From: Gammaproteobacteria bacterium
GTDB taxonomy: Bacteria > Pseudomonadota > Gammaproteobacteria > JAGOUN01
Assembly: GCA_046290385.1 (NCBI GenBank)
Contig: JBKAGM010000005.1
Coordinates: 1,539 to 65,538, forward strand
Direction of reading: 5' to 3'
Length of the DNA stretch: 64,000 nucleotides
Position numbers and translations under genes: made by a program
Shown here: piece by piece, positions 11,452 to 21,247 of the stretch
Layout: every line of letters begins with the position of its first letter
Numbering within the stretch: the stretch's first letter is position 1
The notes under the pieces: generated by a model
What the model saw: only the letters and a program-made list of their open reading frames with translations
The model's database searches: none
What the model was told of the DNA's origin: nothing

Positions 11452-12846
11452 TTATAAAATATATCGACTCAAATCCTCGTCTTTAGAGAGTTTTTCTAAA
11501 GCTTTATTCACATAACCTACATCAACCGAAACACTTTCGCCAGAACGATCGGATGCTTCGAATGAAATTTCTTCTAATAAGCGCTCCATAATTGTATGCA
11601 GGCGTCGTGCACCGATGTTTTCTGTGCTTTCGTTTACATTGTATGCGACTTCAGCCAATCGTTTGATCGCATTCTTGTTGAATTTCAATTCGACACCTTC
11701 AGTCGATAATAATGCGGTATATTGCGTTATTAACGAAGCGCGTGGTTCAGTCAAAATGCGAATGAAGTCTTCGACCGTGAGTGCTTGTAGTTCAACACGA
11801 ATTGGCAATCGACCTTGTAATTCAGGAATTAAGTCTGATGGCTTCGACAAATGAAACGCCCCAGAAGAGATAAAGAGAATATGATCAGTTTTCAACATGC
11901 CGTACTTTGTTGTCACCGTACATCCTTCGATAAGCGGCAATAAGTCACGCTGGACACCTTCTCGTGATACATCGCCAGAGCGATTATCTGGCTTAGCAAG
12001 TTTGTCTATCTCATCGATAAAGACAATCCCGTTTTGCTCCGCATTTGTAATCGCTTGCGATTTAATTTCATCATTGTCGATCATCTTGCTGGCTTCTTCT
12101 TCTGTCGCTGCTTTAAACGCATCTTTCACGCGCATTTTTCGCATGCGCGTTTTTTCTTGCGACATATTTTGAAAAAGGCTGGTTAATTGGCTGGTCATTT
12201 CTTCCATGCCGGGAGGGCCCATGATCTCCACGCCCATAGGAGATGAGACGGTTTTGATTTCGATTTCTGTATCGTCTAATTCACCCTCGCGTAATTTTTT
12301 ACGAAAGATTTGTCGAGTATTAGAAACTTCTTCTTGGGGCTCTTTGTCAGGCTCTTGGGTAAAACCTTTTTTCGGTGGTGGTAATAACGCATCAAGAATA
12401 CGTTCTTCAGCAGCCGCTTCAGCTTTTGGTTTAACGCGCTTGAGCGCATCTTCCCGCATCATTTTAATCGAAATATCAACAAGATCACGTACGATAGAAT
12501 CGACATCGCGTCCAACATAACCGACTTCGGTAAACTTAGATGCTTCGACCTTCACGAAGGGCGCTTTTGCGAGTTTAGCCAGACGTCTTGCGATTTCTGT
12601 TTTACCCACACCAGTAGGACCAATCATTAAAATATTTTTAGGTACAATTTCATCGCGTAATTCAGAGGCCACTTGCATACGACGCCAACGATTACGTAGC
12701 GCAATAGCAACCGCGCGTTTAGCATCATTCTGACCAATGATGTGGCGATTTAACTCGCTGACGATTTCGCGAGGTGTCATTGGTGAAGTGACAACGGTGC
12801 TACCATTGTGAGAAACTTTTTCAGAGATTTGAACAGTCATAATCAA
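11452..12846 (-). CDS. hslU: ATP-dependent protease ATPase subunit HslU
   Basis: [31 protein letters not shown]-terminal DLSRYIL. Confidence 0.98.
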   Translation of the reverse strand: MIMTVQISEKVSHNGSTVVTSPMTPREIVSELNRHIIGQNDAKRAVAIALRNRWRRMQVASELRDEIVPKNILMIGPTGVGKTEIARRLAKLAKAPFVKVEASKFTEVGYVGRDVDSIVRDLVDISIKMMREDALKRVKPKAEAAAEERILDALLPPPKKGFTQEPDKEPQEEVSNTRQIFRKKLREGELDDTEIEIKTVSSPMGVEIMGPPGMEEMTSQLTSLFQNMSQEKTRMRKMRVKDAFKAATEEEASKMIDNDEIKSQAITNAEQNGIVFIDEIDKLAKPDNRSGDVSREGVQRDLLPLIEGCTVTTKYGMLKTDHILFISSGAFHLSKPSDLIPELQGRLPIRVELQALTVEDFIRILTEPRASLITQYTALLSTEGVELKFNKNAIKRLAEVAYNVNESTENIGARRLHTIMERLLEEISFEASDRSGESVSVDVGYVNKALEKLSKDEDLSRYIL

Positions 12847-12849
12847 TAC

Positions 12850-13392
12850 CTACTTAATGGAAAGTTCTTCAAGAACAAGATTGTTGTTGGTGTAGACGCA
12901 AATATCCGCAGCGATATTTAAAGATTTCTCAACGATTGAGCGCGCCGATAATTTTGTGTTGTCGATTAAAGCGAGTGCTGCAGAGCGCGCAAACATGCCG
13001 CCTGAGCCGATGGCCATGAGATCATTTTCTGGTTCGATGACATCGCCGTTGCCTGTAATGATAAGCGATGCGGTATTGTCCGCGACACATAATAAAGCCT
13101 CGAGTCGGCGCAACATCTTGTCTGTACGCCAATCTTTGGCAAGTTCCACGGCTGAGCGCGTCAAATGACCTTGATGTTTTTCAAGTTTTCCTTCAAAGCG
13201 TTCGAAGAGCGTGAATGCGTCGGCCGTGCCGCCAGCAAAGCCAGCTAGTACTTGGTTATTATAGAGACGTCGCACTTTTCGTGCATTGCCTTTCATGACG
13301 GTGTTGCCCATCGAAACCTGTCCATCGCCGCCGATGACAACCTTGTTGTCTCGTCGAACCGATAATATGGTGGTACCGCGATATTGATCCAA
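12850..13392 (-). CDS. hslV: ATP-dependent protease peptidase subunit HslV
   Basis: GTTILSVRR catalytic Thr, [15 protein letters not shown]; TTG start. Confidence 0.97.
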   Translation of the reverse strand: MDQYRGTTILSVRRDNKVVIGGDGQVSMGNTVMKGNARKVRRLYNNQVLAGFAGGTADAFTLFERFEGKLEKHQGHLTRSAVELAKDWRTDKMLRRLEALLCVADNTASLIITGNGDVIEPENDLMAIGSGGMFARSAALALIDNTKLSARSIVEKSLNIAADICVYTNNNLVLEELSIK

Positions 13393-13485
13393 AAGTCACC
13401 TCACTACAAAATAATGCAATTGTCTTTATATTAGGGTAAAGTGAACTTATTTCAAGGGGCAAATTCGGAATTCTTGCGGAGCTAA

Positions 13486-13647
13486 GGGCGTGCTGCATCC
13501 TAAAGCTGTCATCCCGCGGTTTATCCGCGAGATCCATAAAGTGGCTGTTGCATTCTGAGGCTGTCATCCCGCGGTTTATCCGCGGGATCTCTGTAATCAA
13601 TAACTCACGGTTATTAATTTACAGTAAAAAGCCAGTTTGCAATACCC
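13486..13647 (+). mobile_element. MITE family A: partial copy (13486-13540) in tandem with a full copy (13541-13647)
   Basis: Two copies of ctgtcatcccgcggtttatccgcgRgatc; ends ggctgttgcattct ... gtttgcaataccc; matches copies at 17.2, 32.4, 34.7 and 60.6 kb. Confidence 0.75.
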
Positions 13648-13678
13648 TATAGGCGAGCGAGAATCAAAGGGAGATTAC

Positions 13679-14074
13679 ATGAGCGAAATACCGGAAAGCT
13701 TAAAATTTACCACAAGCCACGAATGGGCTTATATGGATGATGAAGGCTTTATTGTCGTCGGAATCACCGATTATGCGCAGACTTTATTGGGTGATATCAC
13801 TTATGTGGAATTGCCAGATATTGGCGATGTGATTGATGCAGATGAAGATTGCTCATTGATTGAGTCTATCAAGGCGACGACGGAAGTATATTGCCCTGTT
13901 TCTGGCCAAGTGGTCGAGGTCAACGAAGACTTGTTTTCTGATCCTGGTTTAGTGAACCGTTCTCCTTATGGCGATGGATGGTTCTTCAAACTCAATCCAG
14001 ACAACGCCAAAGATATTGAGAAATTATTAACCGCCAAGGCGTACCAGCGTCAAGTTGCTGAAGAGGCGCACTAA
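13679..14074 (+). CDS. gcvH: Glycine cleavage system H protein
   Basis: SHEW, VGITDYAQ, lipoyl-Lys in ESIKA, NRSPYGDGW; ATG 13679 with GGGAG SD (the ORF-track start lies in the MITE end). Confidence 0.93.
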   Translation: MSEIPESLKFTTSHEWAYMDDEGFIVVGITDYAQTLLGDITYVELPDIGDVIDADEDCSLIESIKATTEVYCPVSGQVVEVNEDLFSDPGLVNRSPYGDGWFFKLNPDNAKDIEKLLTAKAYQRQVAEEAH

Positions 14075-14140
14075 GCGCTGGCAGAAAAACAACCACTATT
14101 CACCCGTACCTAAAAAGTCGTTATACTTGTTTATGAGCTC

Positions 14141-14170
14141 CGTCATCCTCCCCGAAGACGGAGGAGCCAG
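14141..14170 (+). repeat. Single degenerate CGTC-tagged REP-like unit
   Basis: cgtcatcctccccgaagacggaggagccag resembles the reverse complement of 10675-10704. Confidence 0.55.
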
Positions 14171-14208
14171 TATCACATAATACTGTCCTGATTCGCATCT
14201 GAGCGGGA

Positions 14209-15681
14209 ATGGCGGTTAAAAAGCAAAGAGGGATTCTATTGAACACACTACTACCTGTCATACTCGTTGGAGGATCTGGAACGCGGCTTTGGCCATTATC
14301 GCGTTCTAACTACCCAAAACAATTTTTGCGTCTGTTTGGTGAACGCTCCATGTTCCAAGAAACCGTATTACGCACAAAAAATATCTCCAACGCACTAAAA
14401 CCTCTTATCATCTGTAACGAGGCACATTATTTTTTATGTCTAGAACATTTATCGGAAATTGGTATTGACGATGCAGAGTTAATCATTGAACCTGTGGGGC
14501 GCAACACAGCGCCGGCTATCGCTATAGCGGCAATGTATGCAAAGACTAAATATCAAGAAGATATTTCATTGCTCGTACTACCTTCAGATCACTTAATCAA
14601 AAATATCGAGGCTTTTTCTCAAGCCGTCACTCTAGCAGCAAGTAGTGCAGAAAGAGGTAAGTTAGTTACCTTTGGCGCAAAACCCACCAGCCCTGAAACA
14701 GGCTACGGGTATATTGAGGCGGGCAATGCATTGTCAGAAGGGATTTTTGATTTGAAAAAATTCACAGAGAAACCTTCTCGAGAAATAGCACAACAGTTTA
14801 TTGAAAGCGGAAACTATTATTGGAATGCTGGAATTTTTCTCTTTCAGGCAAAGAGTTACTTGCAGGAACTAAAAGCGTACGCAAAAGATATTTATGACTC
14901 AGTAAAAAATGCTTTCGAAAACTCCATGGATGAAGATCGCATAGTGCGTATCGATCCAAAAAAATTCGAAGCATGTCGAAGCGAATCTATCGATTACGCG
15001 GTCATGGAGCACACAGACAAAGGTGCTGTTGTTCCCATCGATGTCGATTGGTCTGATTTAGGTTGTTGGAATGCCGTGCATAAAACAAGCGAAGAAGACG
15101 ATAATCAAAACGTATTGCAAGGCAACGTCATCGCTCAAGAGACCCAAAATTGTTTTATTCATACCGAAGAGCCCTTTGTTTCGACCGCTGGCGTCAAAGA
15201 CTTAATTATCGTCGCAACAAAAGACAGCGTATTAGTTGCAAATAAATCACATTCACAGCATGTTAAAGACTTAGTAAGTGAAATCAAAAATACCGACAAT
15301 AGTCAGCTAGCCGCTTTTCATACCAAAGTCTATCGTCCATGGGGCCACTATGAAAGCTTAATCATCGGTGAAAATTTTCAAGCTAAGCATATCGTTGTCA
15401 AGCCAGGACAGAAATTATCGTTACAACTACACCATCACCGTGCAGAGCATTGGGTAGTGGTAAGTGGTAAAGCAGAAGTTGTCTGTGGAGAAAAAGTATT
15501 TGAATTAACCGCAAATCAATCCACATATATACCAAAAGAAACCAAGCACCGATTAACGAACATTGGCACAGAACCTTTGCATATCATTGAAGTGCAAACC
15601 GGAGATTACCTTGGGGAAGATGACATCGTTCGTTTTGAGGATGTGTATGGGAGGATCGCATCTTCAGAGGAAACGGTTTAA
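14209..15681 (+). CDS. manC: Mannose-1-phosphate guanylyltransferase / mannose-6-phosphate isomerase
   Basis: GGSGTRLWPLSR..PKQF, FTEKP, C-terminal cupin RPWG...LSLQLHHHRAEHW; alternative TTG start at 14239 has the better SD. Confidence 0.95.
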   Translation: MAVKKQRGILLNTLLPVILVGGSGTRLWPLSRSNYPKQFLRLFGERSMFQETVLRTKNISNALKPLIICNEAHYFLCLEHLSEIGIDDAELIIEPVGRNTAPAIAIAAMYAKTKYQEDISLLVLPSDHLIKNIEAFSQAVTLAASSAERGKLVTFGAKPTSPETGYGYIEAGNALSEGIFDLKKFTEKPSREIAQQFIESGNYYWNAGIFLFQAKSYLQELKAYAKDIYDSVKNAFENSMDEDRIVRIDPKKFEACRSESIDYAVMEHTDKGAVVPIDVDWSDLGCWNAVHKTSEEDDNQNVLQGNVIAQETQNCFIHTEEPFVSTAGVKDLIIVATKDSVLVANKSHSQHVKDLVSEIKNTDNSQLAAFHTKVYRPWGHYESLIIGENFQAKHIVVKPGQKLSLQLHHHRAEHWVVVSGKAEVVCGEKVFELTANQSTYIPKETKHRLTNIGTEPLHIIEVQTGDYLGEDDIVRFEDVYGRIASSEETV

Positions 15682-17138
15682 TGAAAAAACCGGTGGTTTT
15701 TTACGATTTGGAATGCGCTACATTAGGGTATGGTGGAATAGCTCAAGATGCAAGGATTGCATATAAGGCATTGGCACAGCTTGAGGATATTGATTTAATA
15801 GGTTCTTTGTCCGGCGCAACCCGAGATAATTTTGTTTATTCTAAAGCTTTTTTGAAAAAGCGCAGTGATTTCGAAGAATATCAACACATCGCGAATGCAA
15901 TCGCCAGATCGATAGGTGTTTATCAGCCTAAACGAAAAAAGAATAATATACTCAGTAAAGGGATAAGTCTGTTAGAGCAGTGCAGTTATTTTTGGAGGTG
16001 GTTGTGGGCAAATAACCGGATGGAGTATAAAACATTCAATCTTCCTCAGCTAAATAAGCTGATATGGCGAAGCTATTTTAGCAAAACACTTTCCTCTTCA
16101 GATTTCAAAAAAGTATTTGAAAGTAGGTTTTGCGTGTCGACTTATAGTCGAAGTGCCACGCGTATGAAAAAGTTGTATTTTGATAATCCTGAAGTAGATT
16201 TTTACATTTTTCATGATGTAACACCGGTGAAGATCAAACATGGAATGAAAATTGTTCGATATCATGATTTATCACCAGGGTTAGATTTCGATACGACAGT
16301 AAATGGATCTACGAAATTGCATTTAAATGATTTGAAAGGGTGCATAAGAGACACTTTTTTTGTTTGTAATTCAGAACCTGTGCGAGAAGATCTAATTTCA
16401 GTTTATCCAGATATTGCAGAGCGGTCGGCCGTTGTTCCCTGTGCGTTAGCAAGCCAGTATGCGCGCCTGGAACAGCCTGAAGCAGTCCATAAAATTATAC
16501 AAACAAGAGCATCTAAGCTTCATTGGGATGGTGTTCAAATGTCTGATGTATTGCAATCTTTCAATACCACACAGATGCCATATATTTTAACGCTTTCAAC
16601 CATAGAGCCACGAAAAAACCAGCTGCAATTGATTCGAGCTTGGGAAAAGCTTCGCATCCTAAAGGATCAAGATATTAAACTTATTATGGTTGGAGGCTTA
16701 GGTTGGAAAAATGACGAAATTATTCAAGCAATGAAGCCCCATATTCGAGTAGGTAATTTATTTCACCTTGAAAAACTGACAGAAGAAGAAATTCCTTATA
16801 TGTATTCGCATGCTAAAGCATTTGTTTTTCCGTCATACAACGAGGGTTTTGGGATACCCCCGCTTGAGGCCATCCAGTGTGGTTGTCCAGTAATCGCTTC
16901 TGATATCCGTGCACATCGTTGGGTCATGGGGGATGCCGCAATGTATTGTGATCCTTATGACATAGCTTCCATATGTGATGCGATGCAGAAGATGCTCTAT
17001 TCTGATGATGCCCAAAATATTCAACAACATTTTATCCAAAAAGGGTATGAGCAAGCAAAGAAATATTCTGTTGAAAGTGTCAGCAAGAAGTGGGCTGAGT
17101 TGTTTGGTCGATTAACAAAAAATAGCAAGCCTTTTTAG
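15681..17138 (+). CDS. Glycosyltransferase family 4 (GT-B)
   Basis: STIEPRKN, FPSYNEGFGIPPLEA (E-x7-E); TAATG coupling to manC. Confidence 0.88.
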   Translation: MKKPVVFYDLECATLGYGGIAQDARIAYKALAQLEDIDLIGSLSGATRDNFVYSKAFLKKRSDFEEYQHIANAIARSIGVYQPKRKKNNILSKGISLLEQCSYFWRWLWANNRMEYKTFNLPQLNKLIWRSYFSKTLSSSDFKKVFESRFCVSTYSRSATRMKKLYFDNPEVDFYIFHDVTPVKIKHGMKIVRYHDLSPGLDFDTTVNGSTKLHLNDLKGCIRDTFFVCNSEPVREDLISVYPDIAERSAVVPCALASQYARLEQPEAVHKIIQTRASKLHWDGVQMSDVLQSFNTTQMPYILTLSTIEPRKNQLQLIRAWEKLRILKDQDIKLIMVGGLGWKNDEIIQAMKPHIRVGNLFHLEKLTEEEIPYMYSHAKAFVFPSYNEGFGIPPLEAIQCGCPVIASDIRAHRWVMGDAAMYCDPYDIASICDAMQKMLYSDDAQNIQQHFIQKGYEQAKKYSVESVSKKWAELFGRLTKNSKPF

Positions 17139-17154
17139 GTTTTAAAGAGCGATT

Positions 17155-17211
17155 TTTTTAGTGATCCCGCGGGTAAACCGCGAGATGACAGTGGTAGAAT
17201 GCAGCAGACCC
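17155..17211 (-). mobile_element. MITE family A, short copy in reverse orientation
   Basis: Reverse complement reads gggtctgctgcattctaccactgtcatctcgcggtttacccgcgggatcac. Confidence 0.7.
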
Positions 17212-17258
17212 TTTTGCTAAAAAATATTTTTTTTGCGAAAACGATTTTGACTATTTGT

Positions 17259-17579
17259 TTATGACAAATACTTGTCATCTTTGGCGCCTGGTATTTTAAC
17301 AACAACGGTTACCGTGTCTTCAAGTGCTTCAAAAGATGTAGCTTCATTCGGCTCTATGACGATGACAGTGCCGGCTTTAAAATTTTTGTCAAACATAATG
17401 ACCGACCCGGAAAAAATGAGAGTAATTTCTGTCGCTACCTTATGATAGTGCTTTTCTTCTTTATCGCCTTTATTATATTTTTTTACTGCTACTTCACATG
17501 CTGAGGTTTTATATGCTGTCGGTAAAAAATCTCCAACAAACCATCCTCTGCTCATATCATTTAAGTCAAATGTATTCAT
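17259..17579 (-). CDS. Small cupin-fold protein
   Basis: GWFVGDF, HYHKVATEIT (H-x-H-x4-E cupin motif), 106 aa. Confidence 0.8.
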   Translation of the reverse strand: MNTFDLNDMSRGWFVGDFLPTAYKTSACEVAVKKYNKGDKEEKHYHKVATEITLIFSGSVIMFDKNFKAGTVIVIEPNEATSFEALEDTVTVVVKIPGAKDDKYLS

Positions 17580-18291
17580 GCGCTACCTCGCTTTTCTGCT
17601 TTGTATCTTTCAGATAATTATCTGTTTTAAAGGGAATATATCGTCCATTCACATCATAGTAGCTGATTTTTTTGTTTTCTAGTATAAATTGATTTAGTAC
17701 AGGTGCAATATAAAATCGATCAGATGTTATAGTGTTTTTGAGTATTGATTGTTTTGCAAGACGTACAAAATCAGACGTTTTTTTAAACCAAAAACTGCCA
17801 GTTGTGGCGAGCGAACTAATCGGGTTTTGTTGAGCAAATTCACTAATATCCCCATTTGTGATTTTCATATACGAATAACGCGGGTGGACAGATTCGAAGG
17901 TCATGACACCAGCGTCTGCTTCTGACTTTAGGAAGTGATGTATAGCGTCTTCATATTTAATGTCAACGATTTCATTAGTACTGACAATGAGTAAGGGTTG
18001 ATCTTGGTCAAGTTCGCATGCGCCATAGAGGGCAGTGCAAGCTGAGCCCATCGAGTTTCCAGGTAAAGAAATTACTTTGGCACCTGGTATAAGAACTTTG
18101 GCTATGTTATCAAGATGATGTTTTTGAGCGGCATCTTTCTGAAAAATAAACGTATAGTCACAATTTAGTTTAGATAGCGTGTTTTTGCATATATATTGTA
18201 ATACAGTTGAGTTTTTATATTCCTTCAAGTAGGTTGGGAATACTGATTGTTGAAAAGGCTCAGATGCTAAAATAAGCACGTTCACTGACAT
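17566..18291 (-). CDS. Degenerate sugar nucleotidyltransferase-like protein
   Basis: Paralogous to 19547-20341 (GSACTAL, MTFESVHPRYSY, ATTGSFWF, FYIAPVLN) but lacks the N-terminal MAGxGSRF loop. Confidence 0.75.
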   Translation of the reverse strand: MSVNVLILASEPFQQSVFPTYLKEYKNSTVLQYICKNTLSKLNCDYTFIFQKDAAQKHHLDNIAKVLIPGAKVISLPGNSMGSACTALYGACELDQDQPLLIVSTNEIVDIKYEDAIHHFLKSEADAGVMTFESVHPRYSYMKITNGDISEFAQQNPISSLATTGSFWFKKTSDFVRLAKQSILKNTITSDRFYIAPVLNQFILENKKISYYDVNGRYIPFKTDNYLKDTKQKSEVAHEYI

Positions 18292-18932
18292 TTCTCCCCT
18301 ATATTTTCAGTTTTTTTGATAAATTGCGTGATGTTTTCAAAATTAACTTCAGAAACATCTCTTACTGCGAGGCAATGGCCGCCAGATGCTCGAGCAGCTT
18401 TGATGCCATTTTCATTGTCTTCAACAATCACGACTTCTTCTGGCGTAAGTTGAAAGTGCTCTATGGCTTTGATATAGATTGCGGGGTTTGGCTTTGCCTC
18501 ACTCACATCTTCGGCCGACCAAATAGTATCGAGGTATGGCATTAAGCCTGAGAGTTCCATCATGGTAATGATAGAGTTGCGAATAGAGTTAGAACATACT
18601 GCAATTTTATAACCTTCGTGTTTAAGGCGTGAAAGGGCGTATTCGTGAATAAAATTAGGAGAGCATTTATTGTGAACATGCTGCATCGTATACTTTTGTT
18701 TCAATGTATTAACAAATTTATGAAGCTGTGTTGGGAAATTTTCTGTCTCAGAAAGAATTTTTAATTTGTTACGTGTTGGCAATCCATCAAATGTAGTAAG
18801 ATGATCGTATCTTGAAATGCTCGTTCCAAAAACGTTGAGCGCTTGATTTAGAGCTTCGTAATGCCATTCTTTGGCATCAATTAAGACGCCATCCATATCA
18901 AACAATACCGCTTTTATCTTTTTTTTCATCAT
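18282..18932 (-). CDS. HAD-family phosphatase/mutase (beta-PGM-like)
   Basis: FDMDGVLID, CSNS, KPNPAIY, VEDNENGI. Confidence 0.88.
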   Translation of the reverse strand: MMKKKIKAVLFDMDGVLIDAKEWHYEALNQALNVFGTSISRYDHLTTFDGLPTRNKLKILSETENFPTQLHKFVNTLKQKYTMQHVHNKCSPNFIHEYALSRLKHEGYKIAVCSNSIRNSIITMMELSGLMPYLDTIWSAEDVSEAKPNPAIYIKAIEHFQLTPEEVVIVEDNENGIKAARASGGHCLAVRDVSEVNFENITQFIKKTENIGEKCQ

Positions 18933-18933
18933 A

Positions 18934-19566
18934 TTAACTTCTCAAATGTTGACATGCTTGTTCGGGATGATCTGTGCACAAAATAAGATTTTCATTATTC
19001 GCAAAAGGTTTTAAGGTTGACCACAGTATATCAGGAGAGAAACCATGTAACTCTGAAGATACGATACATACTTTTTTGCGAGCAAGAAGTTCTTTCAAAT
19101 AATCACCATCAAACCAAAGGGTTTCTCCAAAGTTATCTAGCCAGATACCATCGGTCTGTTCATCATATATGGCGGTGGTTTCAACATCGCTCAATCGAGT
19201 AAATACCGGAACGTTTGATTTTAAGTAAGATCTCATATCAGGAATTGACATGTCAAAAACAAAGCAATCAAGATTTGGATAGTTAGCTAAGATTTTTACG
19301 ATATCATTCACTAAGCCATCTGATTTAATGTTTAATGCTAATGTCATGCGTTTGTCTTTGTTTGTAAATTCGTTCGCTAGATCAAGAAACTCAGAAAGTT
19401 TCATTTCTTTTCCTTTAGCCATGTCGTGTGAAATGACGATATGACCACTGTGATCACGCAAATCTGTTTCAGTACCAAAGCCCTGTTCGAAAGAGCGGTG
19501 AAATGCAGCGGCTGTGTTTTTTTCGGAGGACTCTTTCCACAGTCCTCTATGAGATATGATTTCCAT
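18934..19566 (-). CDS. Glycerophosphodiester phosphodiesterase-like (PLC-like) protein
   Basis: IISHRGLW..EKNT, GTETDLR, ISHD, LNIKS. Confidence 0.75.
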   Translation of the reverse strand: MEIISHRGLWKESSEKNTAAAFHRSFEQGFGTETDLRDHSGHIVISHDMAKGKEMKLSEFLDLANEFTNKDKRMTLALNIKSDGLVNDIVKILANYPNLDCFVFDMSIPDMRSYLKSNVPVFTRLSDVETTAIYDEQTDGIWLDNFGETLWFDGDYLKELLARKKVCIVSSELHGFSPDILWSTLKPFANNENLILCTDHPEQACQHLRS

Positions 19567-20341
19567 TATGTTCAACCAATGTTTTAGCTATATCTGTTGT
19601 AAGAAAATTATTTAAGTCAGCAGGTATTCCGAGTCCATACATTCCATCAAGCTCTTTACCAATATTGACCGTTCCAACGTTATATTTTTTTGCCGCGATC
19701 AGGGTGTTGTAAACTGGTGCAACGTAAAACTCGCCATTTACTCTTTCATTGTTCTTTATCATTTGTTCTGCTGCTGAAACAAAGTCGCTGCCATGAGCGA
19801 AGTTATATATGCCAACAGTGGCTTCATTAGAAATAACCTGTTTTTCAGCGACACGTGACACATTGTTGCCTGTATCGTCAAAGCCAACAAAAGACCATTT
19901 TGGATCATTTGCCTTCATGGTCATAATTAGTCCGTCCAGGTTTTCTCTTTCCATCTTCTCTAAATAGCTATCGATGGAATAATCAATGTATTGATCGCTG
20001 TTTGCAATCATAAGAGGGTTATTATTATTAATTATTGGTTTTGATTCAAGCACTGTACAAGCTGCGCCCTCTGTTAATTCCTGAATTTCTATAATAGAGC
20101 AATTAGGCGCTATCGCTTTTAATTTATTTTTGAGATCATATTTTTCTATATGTGTTTGTTGGCAGATGAAAATAAAATGATGAGGGCGTGACGGGCGCAA
20201 ATTTTCAACGACTATTTCTATCATTGGTTTGCCACAAACAGGTATTAGTGGCTTGGGATCTTGATATCCAGCTTTTGCAAATCTCGAGCCCGCGCCAGCC
20301 ATAGGTATGACAATATTAAGAGTCGCAAGTTCCTTAGTCAT
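19547..20341 (-). CDS. Sugar nucleotidyltransferase (NTP_transferase / GT-A fold)
   Basis: IPMAGAGSRF..GY..PKPLI, TEGAACTVL, ANSDQY, AEKQVIS, NGEFYVAPVYN; ATG 20341 with GGAG SD. Confidence 0.85.
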   Translation of the reverse strand: MTKELATLNIVIPMAGAGSRFAKAGYQDPKPLIPVCGKPMIEIVVENLRPSRPHHFIFICQQTHIEKYDLKNKLKAIAPNCSIIEIQELTEGAACTVLESKPIINNNNPLMIANSDQYIDYSIDSYLEKMERENLDGLIMTMKANDPKWSFVGFDDTGNNVSRVAEKQVISNEATVGIYNFAHGSDFVSAAEQMIKNNERVNGEFYVAPVYNTLIAAKKYNVGTVNIGKELDGMYGLGIPADLNNFLTTDIAKTLVEHNGNHIS

Positions 20342-20380
20342 TCTAAGCTCCATGGTTGTACGAAAAATTTCGTTTATATA

Positions 20381-21247
20381 TTAGTTCGGTAAAACATCGC
20401 TTTTTTGTTCAAGTATAAAGTTGTTCAGCCTCTCAATTTCTTTATTGAGTCGATTAACTTCTTTATCTAATGCAATTGTTCTAGCGCTAAGCTCTTTGAT
20501 TCTTACTATCGCAGAGTTTGTTTCTAGTGTGCTAGAAGGATATGACCAAAAATCTTTTCCTGAAAATATTTCATTTCCTGATAAAGAAAGAGTCGTTTTT
20601 AGATTGTTCCACTTCTCGGGTGATTTTGCAAAAAAAACGTTTACTTCATTACAGCTTTCATCATTTGGCTTTATATAAAGTGCTTTTAAACCCTTATCGG
20701 CTAAAAATTGAAGGGCATATAATAAATCTGTTTCATTTTGATATAGGGAGGTAAATTTAGTGGCAGGGCATTCTAGAAACCCGGCCTCAAGCTTATCAAT
20801 TTGGTTGCCCAAGGAAATTAATACATCGATGTCCATGCCCTGGGTATCAATTTTAATAAAGTCAATTTTTTCGATATTATGCTCCAATATAACTTCGTCT
20901 AAACGCTTAACTTCAATTTCAATTTGTTCAGAGTAGCTTAGGTCTTTACGTATTTGCCAATAACGATTGCCAAAGATATTCTCATCATTGAATTGGTGTG
21001 TGCTTGATACGCCCCAGTCTCCAAGTTTGGATATATTTAATTTTGCTATGCCACTATTAGAGGCGATACCATATTGGTGAATAGTAACGTTTTCTAGTTT
21101 GAGTCGTTTGATTTCCTCTTCCATTATCGTGCAGAGTTCAGGAATGGGCTCGAATAAGTGAACATTTGCCGAAGGGTTGCGAATAGCTAACTCTAAACCA
21201 AATTGTCCTGTGTTTGCGCCGACATCAAATACATATGGTGCTGTCAT
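20381..21247 (-). CDS. FkbM-family methyltransferase with short C-terminal coiled coil
   Basis: FDVGANTG, LFEPIP, RLD, FIKIDTQG. Confidence 0.85.
   Translation of the reverse strand: MTAPYVFDVGANTGQFGLELAIRNPSANVHLFEPIPELCTIMEEEIKRLKLENVTIHQYGIASNSGIAKLNISKLGDWGVSSTHQFNDENIFGNRYWQIRKDLSYSEQIEIEVKRLDEVILEHNIEKIDFIKIDTQGMDIDVLISLGNQIDKLEAGFLECPATKFTSLYQNETDLLYALQFLADKGLKALYIKPNDESCNEVNVFFAKSPEKWNNLKTTLSLSGNEIFSGKDFWSYPSSTLETNSAIVRIKELSARTIALDKEVNRLNKEIERLNNFILEQKSDVLPN

Noticed and set aside
13259-13600. 113-aa ORF and other ORFs over repeats (41138-41338, 63764-63964, 45930-46273)
   Set aside because: Translations of palindromic repeat DNA or shadows of neighbouring genes; no protein motifs
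13486-13647. Tandem ~30-bp palindromic repeats as a CRISPR array
   Set aside because: Only two units, same sequence dispersed elsewhere as a MITE, no cas genes
14211-14218. ops/JUMPStart element (ggcggtta) before manC, and gacggtagcgta at 60587
   Set aside because: Imperfect matches without the JUMPStart stem; the second is better explained as the MITE/IS junction
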